Made by a program: the position numbers and the translations under genes | The notes under the pieces: model-generated | Databases searched by the model: none | What the model saw: the letters and a program-made list of their open reading frames with translations, nothing else | What the model was told of the DNA's origin: nothing | Origin: Saccharofermentanales bacterium | Lineage (GTDB): Bacteria; Bacillota; Clostridia; Saccharofermentanales; DTU023 | Length of the DNA stretch: 64,000 bases | Assembly (NCBI GenBank): GCA_050951845.1 | Contig: JBMNJV010000002.1 | Span: forward strand, 73,447-137,446 | Direction: 5' to 3' | Shown here: one piece after another, positions 1 to 10,026 of the stretch | Layout of the letters: the number at the start of each line of letters is the position of its first letter | Numbering within the stretch: the stretch's first letter is position 1

Positions 1-2055
1 AACCAGAACACCTTTTACCTGACGTCCGATCGGAATTGTGCCGATCACCGATCCGCCCGGAGCATTCCTTACATTAATTGCACTCTTCGCATAACCGGTA
101 ATCGGCGGATTATTGGTCGTGGTTAAACTGCTTGCTACATAGGCGGTTTTGCCGTTATAGGTAAACTTAGTCCAGGCTCCCTCCAGTGTGCCGTTGATCA
201 GCAGCGGACGCCACAATTTGGTGATCATACTGCCGTTCGGAGCACTTCTGATGATTGAATTGGCATAAATATAGCGCGTTACCTTAATCGGATCTGCCTG
301 CAGCATAGATGAATAGACATAGCAGGTTTTTCCCGAATAAGTAAATCTGACCCAGTTACCTACTAAGGTTCCGCTTACTTTGTGACCTCTGAGGATTGTG
401 CCGGTTACCGATCCGTTCGGGCTGTTGCGTACATTAGCCGTACTTTTGGCATAGCCGGTGAACGGTGGTGAATTGTTTGTCAAATCGCTGTAATGAACAT
501 AAACAGTTTGACCTTTATAGGTGAATTTAAGATCTTCGCCTTCAAATGTACCTTTTACATAGATCGGCAATTTCAGGGTTTCGATGACCGTTCCGTCGGG
601 TGCGCTTTTGATATTTGAACCGGCTTTGACATAACTGAGTAACGCTACTCCGGGATCAAAACAGCTTTTAACAATATAGGGGAGATCAGGGAAAAGATGA
701 ATCTCTTCATAATATGCTCCCTGAGGAATATAAAGTCTCTCAATGTTGTCGGGAACCGAGGCTGTTATAACCGGATTTTGCTGAAAACAACCGCCGCCAA
801 TTTCAGTAACACTATTCGGGATGGTCACTCTTATTATTTGATTATTAAAAAATGCATTAGAACCAATTCTCGTAACTTTGTTCGGAATGGTAATACTTGT
901 CAATTTGTTATGAGCCAATAACTCATTGGAAATTAATTTGAGGTTCTGCGGCAACTTGAAATTCGTAATTTGGTTGCGTTTAAAAGCTCCAGTCCCGATA
1001 TCCGTAACATTGTTCAATATTGTCACATTTTTGATCTCATTCCAGGCAAAGGCATGATCACCAATAGAAGTTACATTGTTGGGGATCGTAACGCTCTCAA
1101 GTTTATTACCATAAAAAACTGAGTCGTCAATACTTGTAACTCCATCAGGAATTTTTATATTCGTCAACTTGTTGTTCCTAAAAACTCCGAATTCCAGTTT
1201 AGTAAGTCCGCTAGGTATATTAATACTCGTCAGTTCATTATCGTCGAATACACACCATCCCATGCTGGTGATAGTATCCGGAAGCTTTACATTGGTAAGT
1301 TTATTATTATAAAACGCATGATCCCCGATTGTTTTAATATTATTTCCAAGCTTGAGATAAGTAAGTCTGCTGTCATAAAACGCATCTTTTCCGATTTCTG
1401 TAACACTGTCCGGTATGGTTACACTCGTAGTCTTCATTTTCCACATGAATGCACCTCCTCCGATCCGGGTAACAGGAACACCGTTTATTGAAGGCGGAAT
1501 ATTAACCACCGGATCATCTTTCTTATAAGACTTAATAGTTCCGGTCTCTGGAATAAATGTAAAATCCTCTTCAGGTGTATAAGTTATTGTGCGGTTTTTA
1601 TCCTCAGCAGCAGTTTCCGTATCGTCAGCATCTAGAGCATCTGAAATATCTGTAATAATTTCCTGCTCTGTTTGTTCTGCAGCTACTTCCTGTTCTGTTT
1701 GTTCCGCAACAACATCACTTGATGTTTGTTCCGTTTCGGATAAAACATCAGATAGCGGATCCGTTTCGTCAATTTGTTCAAAACTTCGTTCAGCCGGTGA
1801 TTCAGCAGGATTTTCATCTTCCTTATCTGCCATATCTGATTCATTTTGGTGTTCCTGATTACTTTCAGGTGTTGTAAAGCTTTCATCTGTAACAAACTCT
1901 GTTGCAGATGAACCTTCTGCAACCTGCGAGCTTTTTTCGTCTCCAATACTTGTAGTGTCAGCTTGAACCTGCTGAGGTGTGATCACAAAGCCGGTCAAAA
2001 TAAGCAATAATACCAGAACAAATGCCTGTATTCTTAGATACAATTTTTTCTTCAT
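1..2055 (-). CDS. BspA-like leucine-rich-repeat surface protein with C-terminal SH3b-like repeats, paralog of 2201..5008; 3' end runs off the window
   Basis: Not in the ORF track. Hand translation from ATG 2055 (SD AAGGAG): MKKKLYLRIQAFVLVLLLILTGFVITPQQVQA signal peptide, acidic stalk, TpLRR repeats (VTIPDSVTEIGKDAF), then GYAKSTANVRNSPNGS repeats. No stop seen down to position 1. Confidence 0.9.
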   Translation of the reverse strand, partial: MKKKLYLRIQAFVLVLLLILTGFVITPQQVQADTTSIGDEKSSQVAEGSSATEFVTDESFTTPESNQEHQNESDMADKEDENPAESPAERSFEQIDETDPLSDVLSETEQTSSDVVAEQTEQEVAAEQTEQEIITDISDALDADDTETAAEDKNRTITYTPEEDFTFIPETGTIKSYKKDDPVVNIPPSINGVPVTRIGGGAFMWKMKTTSVTIPDSVTEIGKDAFYDSRLTYLKLGNNIKTIGDHAFYNNKLTNVKLPDTITSMGWCVFDDNELTSINIPSGLTKLEFGVFRNNKLTNIKIPDGVTSIDDSVFYGNKLESVTIPNNVTSIGDHAFAWNEIKNVTILNNVTDIGTGAFKRNQITNFKLPQNLKLISNELLAHNKLTSITIPNKVTRIGSNAFFNNQIIRVTIPNSVTEIGGGCFQQNPVITASVPDNIERLYIPQGAYYEEIHLFPDLPYIVKSCFDPGVALLSYVKAGSNIKSAPDGTVIETLKLPIYVKGTFEGEDLKFTYKGQTVYVHYSDLTNNSPPFTGYAKSTANVRNSPNGSVTGTILRGHKVSGTLVGNWVRFTYSGKTCYVYSSMLQADPIKVTRYIYANSIIRSAPNGSMITKLWRPLLINGTLEGAWTKFTYNGKTAYVASSLTTTNNPPITGYAKSAINVRNAPGGSVIGTIPIGRQVKGVLV

Positions 2056-2200
2056 TGGTTTCTCCTTTCCGGAATTTCCTTAAAATAACAATTTGTCTTA
2101 TAACTATATTAATTCGTGAATACGGATATGTTTTCTATCAAACTCTGTGGTTCTTAATAGAATCAAATTATTTCCCGGGTAATAAAACAAATTTGTTGTA

Positions 2201-5008
2201 TTAGACAGGATCCTTTTGGAGTAGTGAAGCATAGACATAACTTGTTTTGCCGTTGTAGGTAAATCTGACCATGTTACCGACCAGCACTCCGCTTACTTTG
2301 TATCCTCTCGGAATAGTTCCCACGACACTTCCGTTAGGTGTATTTCTTACATAGAGTTTCTGTTTGGCATAGCCAGTCATCGCAGGATTACCCGTCGTAG
2401 TCAAACTCATTGCCACATAAGCCGTTCTGTTGTTATAAGTAAACTTGAGCCAGGCTCCTTCGATTGTCCCGCTGACCAACAGCGGACGCCACGTTCTGAT
2501 AATTATGCTGCCGTTAGGTGCACTTCTGATGATTGAATTGGCGATGATATAGCGCGTTACTTTAACCGGGGTTGCTTGTAACAAGGAAGCAGAGATATAA
2601 CCGGTTCTGTTGTTATAGGTAAATCGCACCATGTTACCGACCAGGACTCCCTTTACCTGACGTCCGATCGGAATTGTGCCGATCACCGATCCGCCCGGAG
2701 CATTCCTTACATTAATTGCACTCTTCGCATAACCGGTAATCGGTGGATTAGTAGTCGTGGTTAAACTGCTTGCAACATATGCCGGATAACCTTCGTAAAT
2801 AAACCTGAACCAGGCTCCTTCCAATGTGCCGTTGACCAGTAACGGGCGCCACAACTTGGTTATGATGCCACCGTTCGGTGAAGTTCTGATAAGTGAATTA
2901 GCTTTGATATAAGTTGTTACCATAATCGGATCAGCCTGCAGCATAGATGAATAGACATAGCAGGTTTTTCCCGAATAAGTAAATCTGACCCAGTTACCTA
3001 CTAAGGTTCCGCTTACTTTGTGACCTCTGAGTATTGTGCCGGTTACCGATCCGTTCGGGCTGCTGCGTACATTAGCCGTACTTTTGGCATATCCGGTAAG
3101 CGCCGGTGAATTACCTGTTGTTACGCTCAGATCTACATAAGCATTTTGACCTTTATACGTGAATTTGAGGTAATTTAGATTAACGTCGTCGATTATGCCT
3201 GTTACATAGATCGGCATTTTTAAGGTTTCGATTATTTGTCTATCAGATGTTCTTCTGATATTGGAACCGGCTTTGATATAACGCAGTACTGATACCCCGG
3301 GATCAAAACAGTGTTCAAGAATTTGTGCAACGCTGGGGAGAGTAATATACATCCATGAATCAGAATTGTTATAAAGATACCACAGAGTAATAATGCTGTC
3401 GGGAATCAATGCTGTATTAAGCGGATTACTCTTAAATGCAGAATCTTCAATATCGGTAACACTTTCAGGGATCGTCACACTTGTCAGCCGATTATTAAAA
3501 AAAGCTTTCATCATTAGATCTTTAACACTGTTCGGAATAATGATCTTGGTTAATTTGTTATGAGAAAATGCATCCACGCCAATAGTCGAAACACTATTTG
3601 GTATCGTGATACTCGTCAGTTGGTTATTGTTGAAACCGGATAATGTTTCTACAGAGCCGGGTATTGTGACATTCGAAAGCTTATTATTGCCAAAGGCATA
3701 ATCTCCAATTGTCGTGACGCTATCTGATATTGTGACACCAGTTAGCAGGTTATGACTGAAAGCACCTTCTCCAATTGAAGTAATATTATCCGGTATCGTA
3801 ACATCAGTGAGTTTGTTATTCGAAAACACATAATTTTCAATTTTTGTAATGCTGCTTGGTATGGTTACACTCGTAAGCAGATTATTCTCAAACACAGAAT
3901 AGCCCATCTCCGTTATACTGTTCGAAAGCGTTACAGTAGTGAGCTGGTTATCGGAAAATGCATGACCTCCAATCTCAGTTACACCAAACGGTATGCTCAG
4001 ACTTGTCAGTTTGTTATTAGAAAATGCCCAACCTCCGATCTTCGTAACCTTCTTCGGTATCGTGATATTAGTCAATAGATTATTCTGAAATGCACAGAAT
4101 CCGATTTCCGTGACAGTGTCCGGAATCGTTATTCTGGTACGCTTGTACTCATCAGAAACAAATGAATCCAATTTGAATGCATAATCTCCGATCTTTCTAA
4201 CTGTAACCCCGCCAATAGTGGACGGAATATCAACTTCTTGATCCGAGCCGATGTATTTCGTGATCGTTCCGGTTGCAACGTCAAATCTAAAATATTCCTC
4301 AGGCGTAAAAGCTCTTGTGGCATTTCCTACCTTATTTTCTATTTCAGGAAGATCTCGCGTTGTAATATCAGGATTTTGATCGTTTATGTTCTCCTCAGCA
4401 ATATTTTCCGCTATCTGCTCAGAATCCGCCGACTCAACAGAAGACTCGATATCAGCATTGGCATTGTCGGATTTGTCGGCCTCAGGCTCAGTTGTCTGAC
4501 TATAATTTTCAGACGTACTTTCAGTTGATTCGATTGCCTGATTCTTATGTTCGGGCAGACTTTCAATTGGCTCGGTTGCCTGACCGTCATGTTCAGGCAG
4601 ACTTTCAGCCGGTTCCGTTTGCGTTAATCCGACAGTATCTGAACCAATTTTTTCAGATTCAAGCATTGCTTCATCGGCAGATGAAGGCTCCGTTTCGTCA
4701 GTTTGATCATAAATTGAGTCGGACTGTGATTCCGCAGGATTTATATCTGTTTTAATAACTGCTTCATCTGCTGTTTTTGATGATTCATCAGTAGCAATGA
4801 TATCTGTTCCCTCTGCACTAACCTGTGGTGAAATGTAATCTGCGGCAGACGTTATTAAATCATCATCGTCCGCAACCTGCTGAGAATCTTCATCACCGGT
4901 AATTATTGTTTCTGCTTTAGCCTGCTGCGGTGTGATGACAAATGTAGTCAAGATCATTAATAACACCATAACTAATGCCTGAACTCTCAAATACAGTTTT
5001 TTCTTCAT
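2201..5008 (-). CDS. BspA-like (TpLRR/LRR_5) surface protein with six alternating ~60-aa SH3b-like C-terminal repeats
   Basis: Signal peptide ending AKA, acidic low-complexity stalk, about 12 LxxxxIPxSVTxIGxxAFxNN repeats, C-terminal NVRxxPNGSVxG...WVRFTY..K..YV units; no LPXTG or TM tail. Confidence 0.9.
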   Translation of the reverse strand: MKKKLYLRVQALVMVLLMILTTFVITPQQAKAETIITGDEDSQQVADDDDLITSAADYISPQVSAEGTDIIATDESSKTADEAVIKTDINPAESQSDSIYDQTDETEPSSADEAMLESEKIGSDTVGLTQTEPAESLPEHDGQATEPIESLPEHKNQAIESTESTSENYSQTTEPEADKSDNANADIESSVESADSEQIAENIAEENINDQNPDITTRDLPEIENKVGNATRAFTPEEYFRFDVATGTITKYIGSDQEVDIPSTIGGVTVRKIGDYAFKLDSFVSDEYKRTRITIPDTVTEIGFCAFQNNLLTNITIPKKVTKIGGWAFSNNKLTSLSIPFGVTEIGGHAFSDNQLTTVTLSNSITEMGYSVFENNLLTSVTIPSSITKIENYVFSNNKLTDVTIPDNITSIGEGAFSHNLLTGVTISDSVTTIGDYAFGNNKLSNVTIPGSVETLSGFNNNQLTSITIPNSVSTIGVDAFSHNKLTKIIIPNSVKDLMMKAFFNNRLTSVTIPESVTDIEDSAFKSNPLNTALIPDSIITLWYLYNNSDSWMYITLPSVAQILEHCFDPGVSVLRYIKAGSNIRRTSDRQIIETLKMPIYVTGIIDDVNLNYLKFTYKGQNAYVDLSVTTGNSPALTGYAKSTANVRSSPNGSVTGTILRGHKVSGTLVGNWVRFTYSGKTCYVYSSMLQADPIMVTTYIKANSLIRTSPNGGIITKLWRPLLVNGTLEGAWFRFIYEGYPAYVASSLTTTTNPPITGYAKSAINVRNAPGGSVIGTIPIGRQVKGVLVGNMVRFTYNNRTGYISASLLQATPVKVTRYIIANSIIRSAPNGSIIIRTWRPLLVSGTIEGAWLKFTYNNRTAYVAMSLTTTGNPAMTGYAKQKLYVRNTPNGSVVGTIPRGYKVSGVLVGNMVRFTYNGKTSYVYASLLQKDPV
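4490..4618 (-). repeat. In-frame 42-bp (14-aa) tandem repeat in the acidic stalk
   Basis: TEPAESLPEHDGQA / TEPIESLPEHKNQA / IESTESTSENYSQT; boundaries approximate. Confidence 0.7.
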
Positions 5009-5305
5009 AGTTCCAGCCCTTTCCGATATTTTTTTAATGATGATTAATTTTAAATATATATTAAATTGCGGATAGTTTGTATGCAGAGAGCATACAAAAA
5101 AATATATAATTTTATTTGATAATTGATAATGTAAATTATTTAAAATGCATAAAATAACAGATTAATCAAATTCGGATTTAATTACAGATTTGCTTCACCT
5201 TTTAAGATTCGCTTTAATTTTTTTCTTTTAGGTTATATCATGTTTATGATAAACCGCAAAAATATTTGAGGTTTTCATAAATGCTACAGAAAAATTGAGG
5301 TTGTA

Positions 5306-6217
5306 ATGAATTCATCAAATCAGTCTGATTCACAAAAAGATCCAGGGACACCGATTTCTTCCGATTCGCTGCAAACGGAAAAGCCTTTAAATAAGAAAAA
5401 GCAAAAGAAGAAGAAACCGATTATCATCATCTTGGATATCTTAATTGTAGCTTGTTTGTTGGGTGCGGCATATTTTTTCTTCGAACCTAAAATTCGCTCA
5501 AAAAGACAATCTGATATTGAACAATCTGCCGTTGCCGAGGTTGAAGCTGCTTTAGAGTTGTCTGTAGCTGATGCTGATGATATTGATGAAACTGGTGACG
5601 GGAGTGAACAAATGATTTCTCCTGTTACAATTGCTGTAAATCCCAATGCGAATAAAGTTCCCGGAGAAGGCTACGAAGATTACGGACACGATGAAAATAT
5701 CGAAGTTGAAGATCCGATTCTCGATCAAAACGGAAATGTTGTGATTAATTTCATCGGAACATTGAGAATTCCCAAGATTGATTTAATTACACCGATTGCA
5801 GACAATGATTCCCTGATTGCTTTAAGATACGGTGCCGGTCATACTCCCGGGTCCGCTAAAATAGGTCAGCCGGGAAGAGCTTTGATTTTCGGACACTGGT
5901 TTGATGAGTATGGCAGGGTTTTCAATCGTTTAAATGAAATAGAAGTCGGTGATCAGTTTACGATAGACTTACTGGAAACCAAAACCCGTTATCATTATAA
6001 AGTTCATCAAATGCTGGAAATTGAAGATTTCCAACTATACGAATATCTCTTTGAAAGAGAACCTGAAGTTGATAACGAAGTGGTATTAGTCAGTTGTAAG
6101 GTGGAAAACAGAATGTGGTGGAGTTCCACAGGTCGTTATTTAGCTTGTGGTGAGCTGATTAAATCCGAATATCTCGGCCGGCAAAAAAAGAATCCCGTTC
6201 GTCAATTAACAGAATGA
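5306..6217 (+). CDS. Sortase (class C/D-like)
   Basis: N-terminal TM after a Lys-rich stretch; LRIPKIDL, GAGHTPGS, catalytic His in IFGHW, Cys in LVSC, Arg in TGRY. Confidence 0.85.
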   Translation: MNSSNQSDSQKDPGTPISSDSLQTEKPLNKKKQKKKKPIIIILDILIVACLLGAAYFFFEPKIRSKRQSDIEQSAVAEVEAALELSVADADDIDETGDGSEQMISPVTIAVNPNANKVPGEGYEDYGHDENIEVEDPILDQNGNVVINFIGTLRIPKIDLITPIADNDSLIALRYGAGHTPGSAKIGQPGRALIFGHWFDEYGRVFNRLNEIEVGDQFTIDLLETKTRYHYKVHQMLEIEDFQLYEYLFEREPEVDNEVVLVSCKVENRMWWSSTGRYLACGELIKSEYLGRQKKNPVRQLTE

Positions 6218-6409
6218 CTTTGTTTGTGTCTTAGTTATTCTTAAAAATATTTTCAATTAATACATATTCTATTAATTTTTGGTATAATTTGAATTTGAAA
6301 TGCAATTTTAGAAATTTTTTTGCATAAAAATTAATTTCTGGCTTTGCAACATATTAATCAGAACTGATAAGTCAGATTAATTAAAATAATTAAATAAATT
6401 TATAAATAC

Positions 6410-6441
6410 GTTGATCGGATCTTTTGTTGATCGGATCTTTT
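6410..6441 (+). repeat. Perfect 16-bp tandem duplication GTTGATCGGATCTTTT x2 upstream of azlC
   Basis: Read directly from the sequence. Confidence 0.85.
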
Positions 6442-6469
6442 AAAGATTAGAATAGATAAGTGATAACAT

Positions 6470-7291
6470 ATGTCGCGAAAAGATTGGTTTGCAGGCTTCA
6501 AAAAAATTGTATATGTAATGTTGAGTTATATACCGCTCGGACTGGCTTGCGGTATTGCTTTGGATAAAGCCGGTTTTTCACCTTTCAGTGTAATGATTAT
6601 GAGTTTGTTAGTCTTTGCCGGCGCAGGACAATTTATGATTGCCCAATTGGTTTCTGTAGGAAGTTCACCGATCTCGATTATTGTAACAATTTTCTTTGTT
6701 AATTCGAGACATCTCCTGATGTCATCCGGTTTAGCCCAATATCTCAAGGGCAAATCAATCGGATTTTATCTGCTGTTTGCTCAAACTATCGTCGATGAAA
6801 CTTTCGGCACCAATATCACACAATTCACGACAAATCCCGAGTGGACACCAAGCAAAGCTTTAACAACAAATATTTTAGCCCATGTTTCCTGGATTATCAG
6901 CAGTTTATGCGGTGCTCTGATCGGTCAGAATGTCAATATACCTCTTACTGTTGTTAATTATGTGCTGGTTGCGATGTTTATAGCCATGCTTGTCGAACAG
7001 ATTTTATCAAAAATTCATCTGATTGCCGCTATCGCTGCCGGGATCCTGTCAATCATCCTTAAATTACTTTTGAGAAATAATATATCTTTGGTAATAGCCG
7101 CTGTAATTGCTTCAACAATCGGCTTTATAATCAGTGGTAAAACTCAGATAAAACTGAATTCTGTAAAAGGTGAAACTTTAAGAGGTGAAACTTTAAGAGG
7201 TGAAACTGTAAGAGGTGAAACTGTAAGAGGTGAAACTTTAAGAGGTGAAGCTGTAAGAGGTAAAACTGTAAGAGGTGAACATGACAACTGA
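6470..7291 (+). CDS. azlC: AzlC family branched-chain amino acid exporter permease
   Basis: YIPLGLACG, MSLLVFAGAGQF, VNSRHLLMS and VDETF motifs; followed by azlD. Confidence 0.9.
   Translation: MSRKDWFAGFKKIVYVMLSYIPLGLACGIALDKAGFSPFSVMIMSLLVFAGAGQFMIAQLVSVGSSPISIIVTIFFVNSRHLLMSSGLAQYLKGKSIGFYLLFAQTIVDETFGTNITQFTTNPEWTPSKALTTNILAHVSWIISSLCGALIGQNVNIPLTVVNYVLVAMFIAMLVEQILSKIHLIAAIAAGILSIILKLLLRNNISLVIAAVIASTIGFIISGKTQIKLNSVKGETLRGETLRGETVRGETVRGETLRGEAVRGKTVRGEHDN
7161..7279 (+). repeat. 15-bp VNTR (AGAGGTGAAACTKTA, about 8 copies) encoding RGET(L/V) at the AzlC C-terminus
   Basis: Units start at 7166, 7181, 7196, 7211, 7226, 7241, 7256 and 7271 (last one partial). Confidence 0.95.
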
Positions 7292-7604
7292 TCGCTGGCT
7301 TATCATATTCGGTGCAGCAATTGCAACTTTTATTCCCCGGGTAATTCCGATGCTGTTTTTCAAGAATAAAGAAATACCGCCAAAGGTAACTCAATGGCTA
7401 TCCTTTATCCCTGTTACCATCTTCTCTGCCCTGGTTTTTTCCGATCTGGTTTTCTGGGAAAACAATTTAAGTTTCAACCCGCTGGTTAATCTGAAGATGA
7501 TTCCCTCTTTAATCGTTTTTTTCATTGCCTATAAAACAAAAAATATTTTCATCTCAATGATCATCGGGATCGTGGCAATTTCTTTGATGTTATTGTTTTT
7601 TTAA
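7281..7604 (+). CDS. azlD: AzlD family membrane protein
   Basis: ATG 7281 after AGAGGTG; ATFIPRVIP and WLSFIPVTIFSALV motifs; overlaps the azlC stop. Confidence 0.85.
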   Translation: MTTDRWLIIFGAAIATFIPRVIPMLFFKNKEIPPKVTQWLSFIPVTIFSALVFSDLVFWENNLSFNPLVNLKMIPSLIVFFIAYKTKNIFISMIIGIVAISLMLLFF

Positions 7605-7742
7605 TTTTACTTTCTAAGATTAATTTTATATATTCAAATTTGTTTAATTCAGAAAATTTGAATAATCTTTTAACTCTTGCCCTGTTTTAGGATTACACCT
7701 CTCTGCTCGGGCTCTATTATTTGTCATCAGCATGATAACATC

Positions 7743-7784
7743 AAAAAAAGTAGTGATAGGCACAATAACCGGCATATCACTACT
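7743..7784 (-). terminator. Rho-independent terminator of the PTS-EIIC-like gene
   Basis: AGTAGTGATA...TATCACTACT stem with a 7-U tract on the minus strand. Confidence 0.7.
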
Positions 7785-7815
7785 ACATTATCAACAGATA
7801 ATAATTACATTTGTT

Positions 7816-9423
7816 TTATTTTTCAGGACTTATTCCTTTACGTTTTGCTGTTTTATTGGCCCAGATTGTGATGAGCATTGCGACAACAGCAGCTGCCAGC
7901 ATCGCTACAACTAATTGGATCGGTTTCTCATTAGTTAGGCCAGGTGCTACAAAAGTAGGAACATAGGCTGTACTTTTAACATTAAATAAGCCAACTAATG
8001 CACCACCCACTGCTCCGGCAAATATAGCTCCGCCGAATACCATTTTGTCACCGAACATATAGGGATATGCCGCCTCGACAAAAGTGCCGAAGAAGATATT
8101 AACTAAAAAGCCGGGGAATGCAGCCGTTCTTCCACCTTTCTCTCTCGGTAAAATAACATTTCCCAAAGTAATGCCGGCGGATACACAAACCAGACATACT
8201 AAGTCAACGGCACCGAGAAAACTGAAACCTGCCGCTTCCATCTCTATGAGAACGATAGGCAGAATAGCTGCATGATAAACACCGCCGATAATAGCAAACC
8301 AAATCAACGCACCTGCAATCAGACCTGCAAGAACAGAATTAAATGCCAAAACCTGGTCAATTAAATTTCTGATTCCATTACCTAAAAATGCAGCGATCGG
8401 AGATATTAAATACATGCCGACAAAGCCTGCCAGTAAGCCACCTAATGCACCGGATAAAAGATTCGTCGTGGTTCCGGGAACTCTGTTTTTCAAAGCCCAG
8501 GTAGCTACATAATAAACGATAACACCTGCTAAAATACCTGTTACAATTCCGCCGATAACGCCGCCGTTGGTAGACATTGCTCCTGCAATAATACCGGCTA
8601 CCACACCGATTTCATCAAACCCGGAAACTTGTTTTGCGGCAATAGCTGCAAGGATTACGGGCAATAAGCCGATGATTGTATTTGCGATAGAGGAAAAAGA
8701 TGCTGATTAATTACCGGTTACCGAGACTATCCAGGAATTCAAACTCTCAATCTGCCCCAAGGCAATCATAATCGCCATAGCTATAAATGCCGGCATTGCT
8801 GTAAACATAATTCCTCGTATATTGATCCTTTGTGTCACCGTTGTAGATTGGTCACTTGAATTTGCTGAGGAAGTTAGTACGGCTCTGTATTTATGTCCAT
8901 GTGCTTTTGCTAAAGCAGAAATATAAGCAACCGCTCTCGTTCTGTCAGTTGTACCTGTCGTCCCGGTTGAAGATACAACATTGCAACCCATTTGTTCATA
9001 TTCAGCCATAGCAGAACCGCCGGAACCGGCAACCGGAATTTGCTTATTCTTAGCTGCTTCAGCTGAAACTTTATTATTGGCTTTAGGATCAGCGCTGATA
9101 ACAACTAAGCCATCGATTTCTTCATTTTCTATTTGTTCAGCCAAATTTTCATCCAGAGTTTTAACCGTTAGATTAACAGTTGATAATTCCCCTTGCTCGG
9201 ACAATGTCAAATCACCATTGGAATCTAAAGTATATAAACTGACGATAGAATCCTCTTTAATATTATCCAAAGATGTTGTTGCCGCAACAAATTGTACATA
9301 AGCAACCTCGAAATCTGCTGCCTTTGCCTGAGTCATAACCTCACCTAACAGCTTTTGCGGATTATTTCCACCTTGTGAATAAAGATTACCTCCACTACTG
9401 CCTACAATTGCTATTTTCTTCAT
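7816..9423 (-). pseudogene. PTS EIIC-like membrane transporter with an N-terminal soluble domain, interrupted by one in-frame TAA (8707-8709)
   Basis: ORFs 8707..9423 and 7816..8664 are in the same frame; the junction reads VTGN*SASFSSIANTIIGLLPVILAAIAA. GGVYHAAILP and GTFVEAAYPY resemble EIIC motifs. Confidence 0.75.
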
Positions 9424-9694
9424 AACACACTCCTCTAATATATAATTATAAATAATATTATATAATTATACATCCTACCAGTTTACAGAAATTATTGAAA
9501 GACTGCCCGGGGTTTTAGTGAAATTTCCAATTTATCCCTACACTTTACATTTAGAGTTTAGTCATATATTAAAAGCAAAAGTGACAGAGTAAAACCTCTT
9601 AAATTACTATACTTTTATAAAAAAACTAAAAGGACCATCTCAAAATATTGAAACAGTCCTTATTAGATCATTTTAAATTTAATAATGTAATTAT

Positions 9695-9940
9695 TTAGGC
9701 TTCAGATTCGAATAATTCATCTAAATTAATTTCGTTAAGTATTTCCCGTAAAATTGAAGCTTCCTCATAACTTAAGGAGACACCTTTGCTCATTTTAGCA
9801 TGTTCCGGTGCCCAGTCCCGAATATCTAATTTTGCCGGATTTTCATTCCAACTGACCATATTCACTTCACGATTCCAACCGGAACGTCCGGTACTTAATA
9901 TTCCGACATTATGTTTTACTTCATATTTAAATTCAGCCAT
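9695..9940 (-). CDS. ydbC: YdbC/PC4-like ssDNA-binding protein
   Basis: GWNREVNMVSWN..PAKLDIRDW.PEH.KMSKGVSLS signature. Confidence 0.85.
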   Translation of the reverse strand: MAEFKYEVKHNVGILSTGRSGWNREVNMVSWNENPAKLDIRDWAPEHAKMSKGVSLSYEEASILREILNEINLDELFESEA

Positions 9941-10026
9941 TTTCTTCTCCTTTATTTGTCTAACTGCAGCCTATAATTAAATAAGTTCGTTTAAACAGAT
10001 TAATTTTAGCCATAACTCAAGCTCTA

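Noticed and set aside
697-2204. Short ORF-track calls (697..921, 1589..1858, 1683..1946, 2022..2204) and the many small antisense ORFs elsewhere
   Set aside because: They overlap well-supported genes on the opposite strand or in another frame and show no recognisable motifs.
1-3100. Diversity-generating retroelement template/variable repeat pair
   Set aside because: No reverse transcriptase is present, both copies are coding, and the differences are not adenine-specific.
8707-8709. Selenocysteine, pyrrolysine or alternative genetic code at the internal stop
   Set aside because: The codon is TAA, which terminates many genes in this window; Sec and Pyl use TGA and TAG.
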